DNA from: Octopus bimaculoides
Lineage: Eukaryota
DNA length: 50,609 nucleotides
Reading direction: 5' to 3'
Assembly (NCBI RefSeq): GCF_001194135.2
Contig: NC_068993.1
Span: forward strand, 22,538,286 to 22,588,894
Part shown: one piece after another, positions 50,192 to 50,609 of the stretch
Layout: every line of letters starts with the position of its first letter
Position numbering within the stretch: position 1 is the first letter of the stretch
Position numbers and translations under genes: made by a program
The notes under the pieces: model-generated
The model's database searches: none
What the model saw: the letters and a program-made list of their open reading frames with translations, nothing else
What the model was told of the DNA's origin: nothing

Positions 50192-50487
50192 AAGCAGCAT
50201 GACTCAGTGGTTAGAGCGTCGGCCTTACAATCGTGAAGCTGTGAGTTCGATTCCTGGACTGGACTGGGCTATGCGTTGTGTTCTTGAGATTTATTTCTCG
50301 TTGGTCCATTTCACTCAGCTGTAAGAATGAGCTGCGATGTCACTAGTAGCATGCTCTATCGGCTTAAGCCTTTCCCTCGGAAGAGAGACTGGTATGCAGA
50401 GCTGACTGCTGGTATTCCACAAAACAACTCTGGCCGGACTTGTGTCTCGGAGGGGAACTTTCTGTGGGGAATCCCATGGTTGTTCTG
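50192..50487 (+). mobile_element. tRNA-derived SINE with A and B boxes
   Basis: A box TGACTCAGTGG and B box GAGTTCGATTCC, followed by gcgttgtgttcttgag...actcagctgtaagaatgag. Confidence 0.8.
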
Positions 50488-50491
50488 TGCA

Positions 50492-50524
<33 letters not shown>

Positions 50525-50565
50525 GTCTGTCTGTCTGTCTGTCTGTCTCTGTCTGTCTGTCTGTA

Positions 50566-50609
<44 letters not shown>
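50492..50609. repeat. (TCTG)n/(CT)n microsatellite
   Basis: Seen directly. Confidence 0.95.

Overview
AT-rich, microsatellite-dense eukaryotic scaffold with N gaps. The SINE families look like those of octopods, but this is pattern recognition and no search was run. The dominant gene is a minus-strand ionotropic glutamate receptor (iGluR) family subunit. Eight phase-consistent exons (42990 down to 10807, about 557 aa) give the end of the ATD, then S1, M1, M2, M3, S2 and M4. The 5' exons were not found and the C-terminal exons are ambiguous. The receptor is unusual in three ways: a GluN1/GluD-like (glycine/GABA-type) ligand pocket on an AMPA/kainate-like backbone, a QGNTD pore loop instead of QQGxD, and a GC-AG intron starting 1 nt after the Q/R-site codon. 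The introns and flanks hold several decayed Penelope-like elements (PLEs) with minimal type I hammerhead ribozyme motifs. One PLE terminal repeat fuses a tRNA-like Pol III head to a hammerhead. A core-intact hammerhead sits just 3' of a Hero/R2-type RLE retrotransposon fragment. Also present are tRNA-derived SINEs, mariner and RTE relics, long inverted repeats and many simple repeats. All translations, alignments and folds were done by eye.
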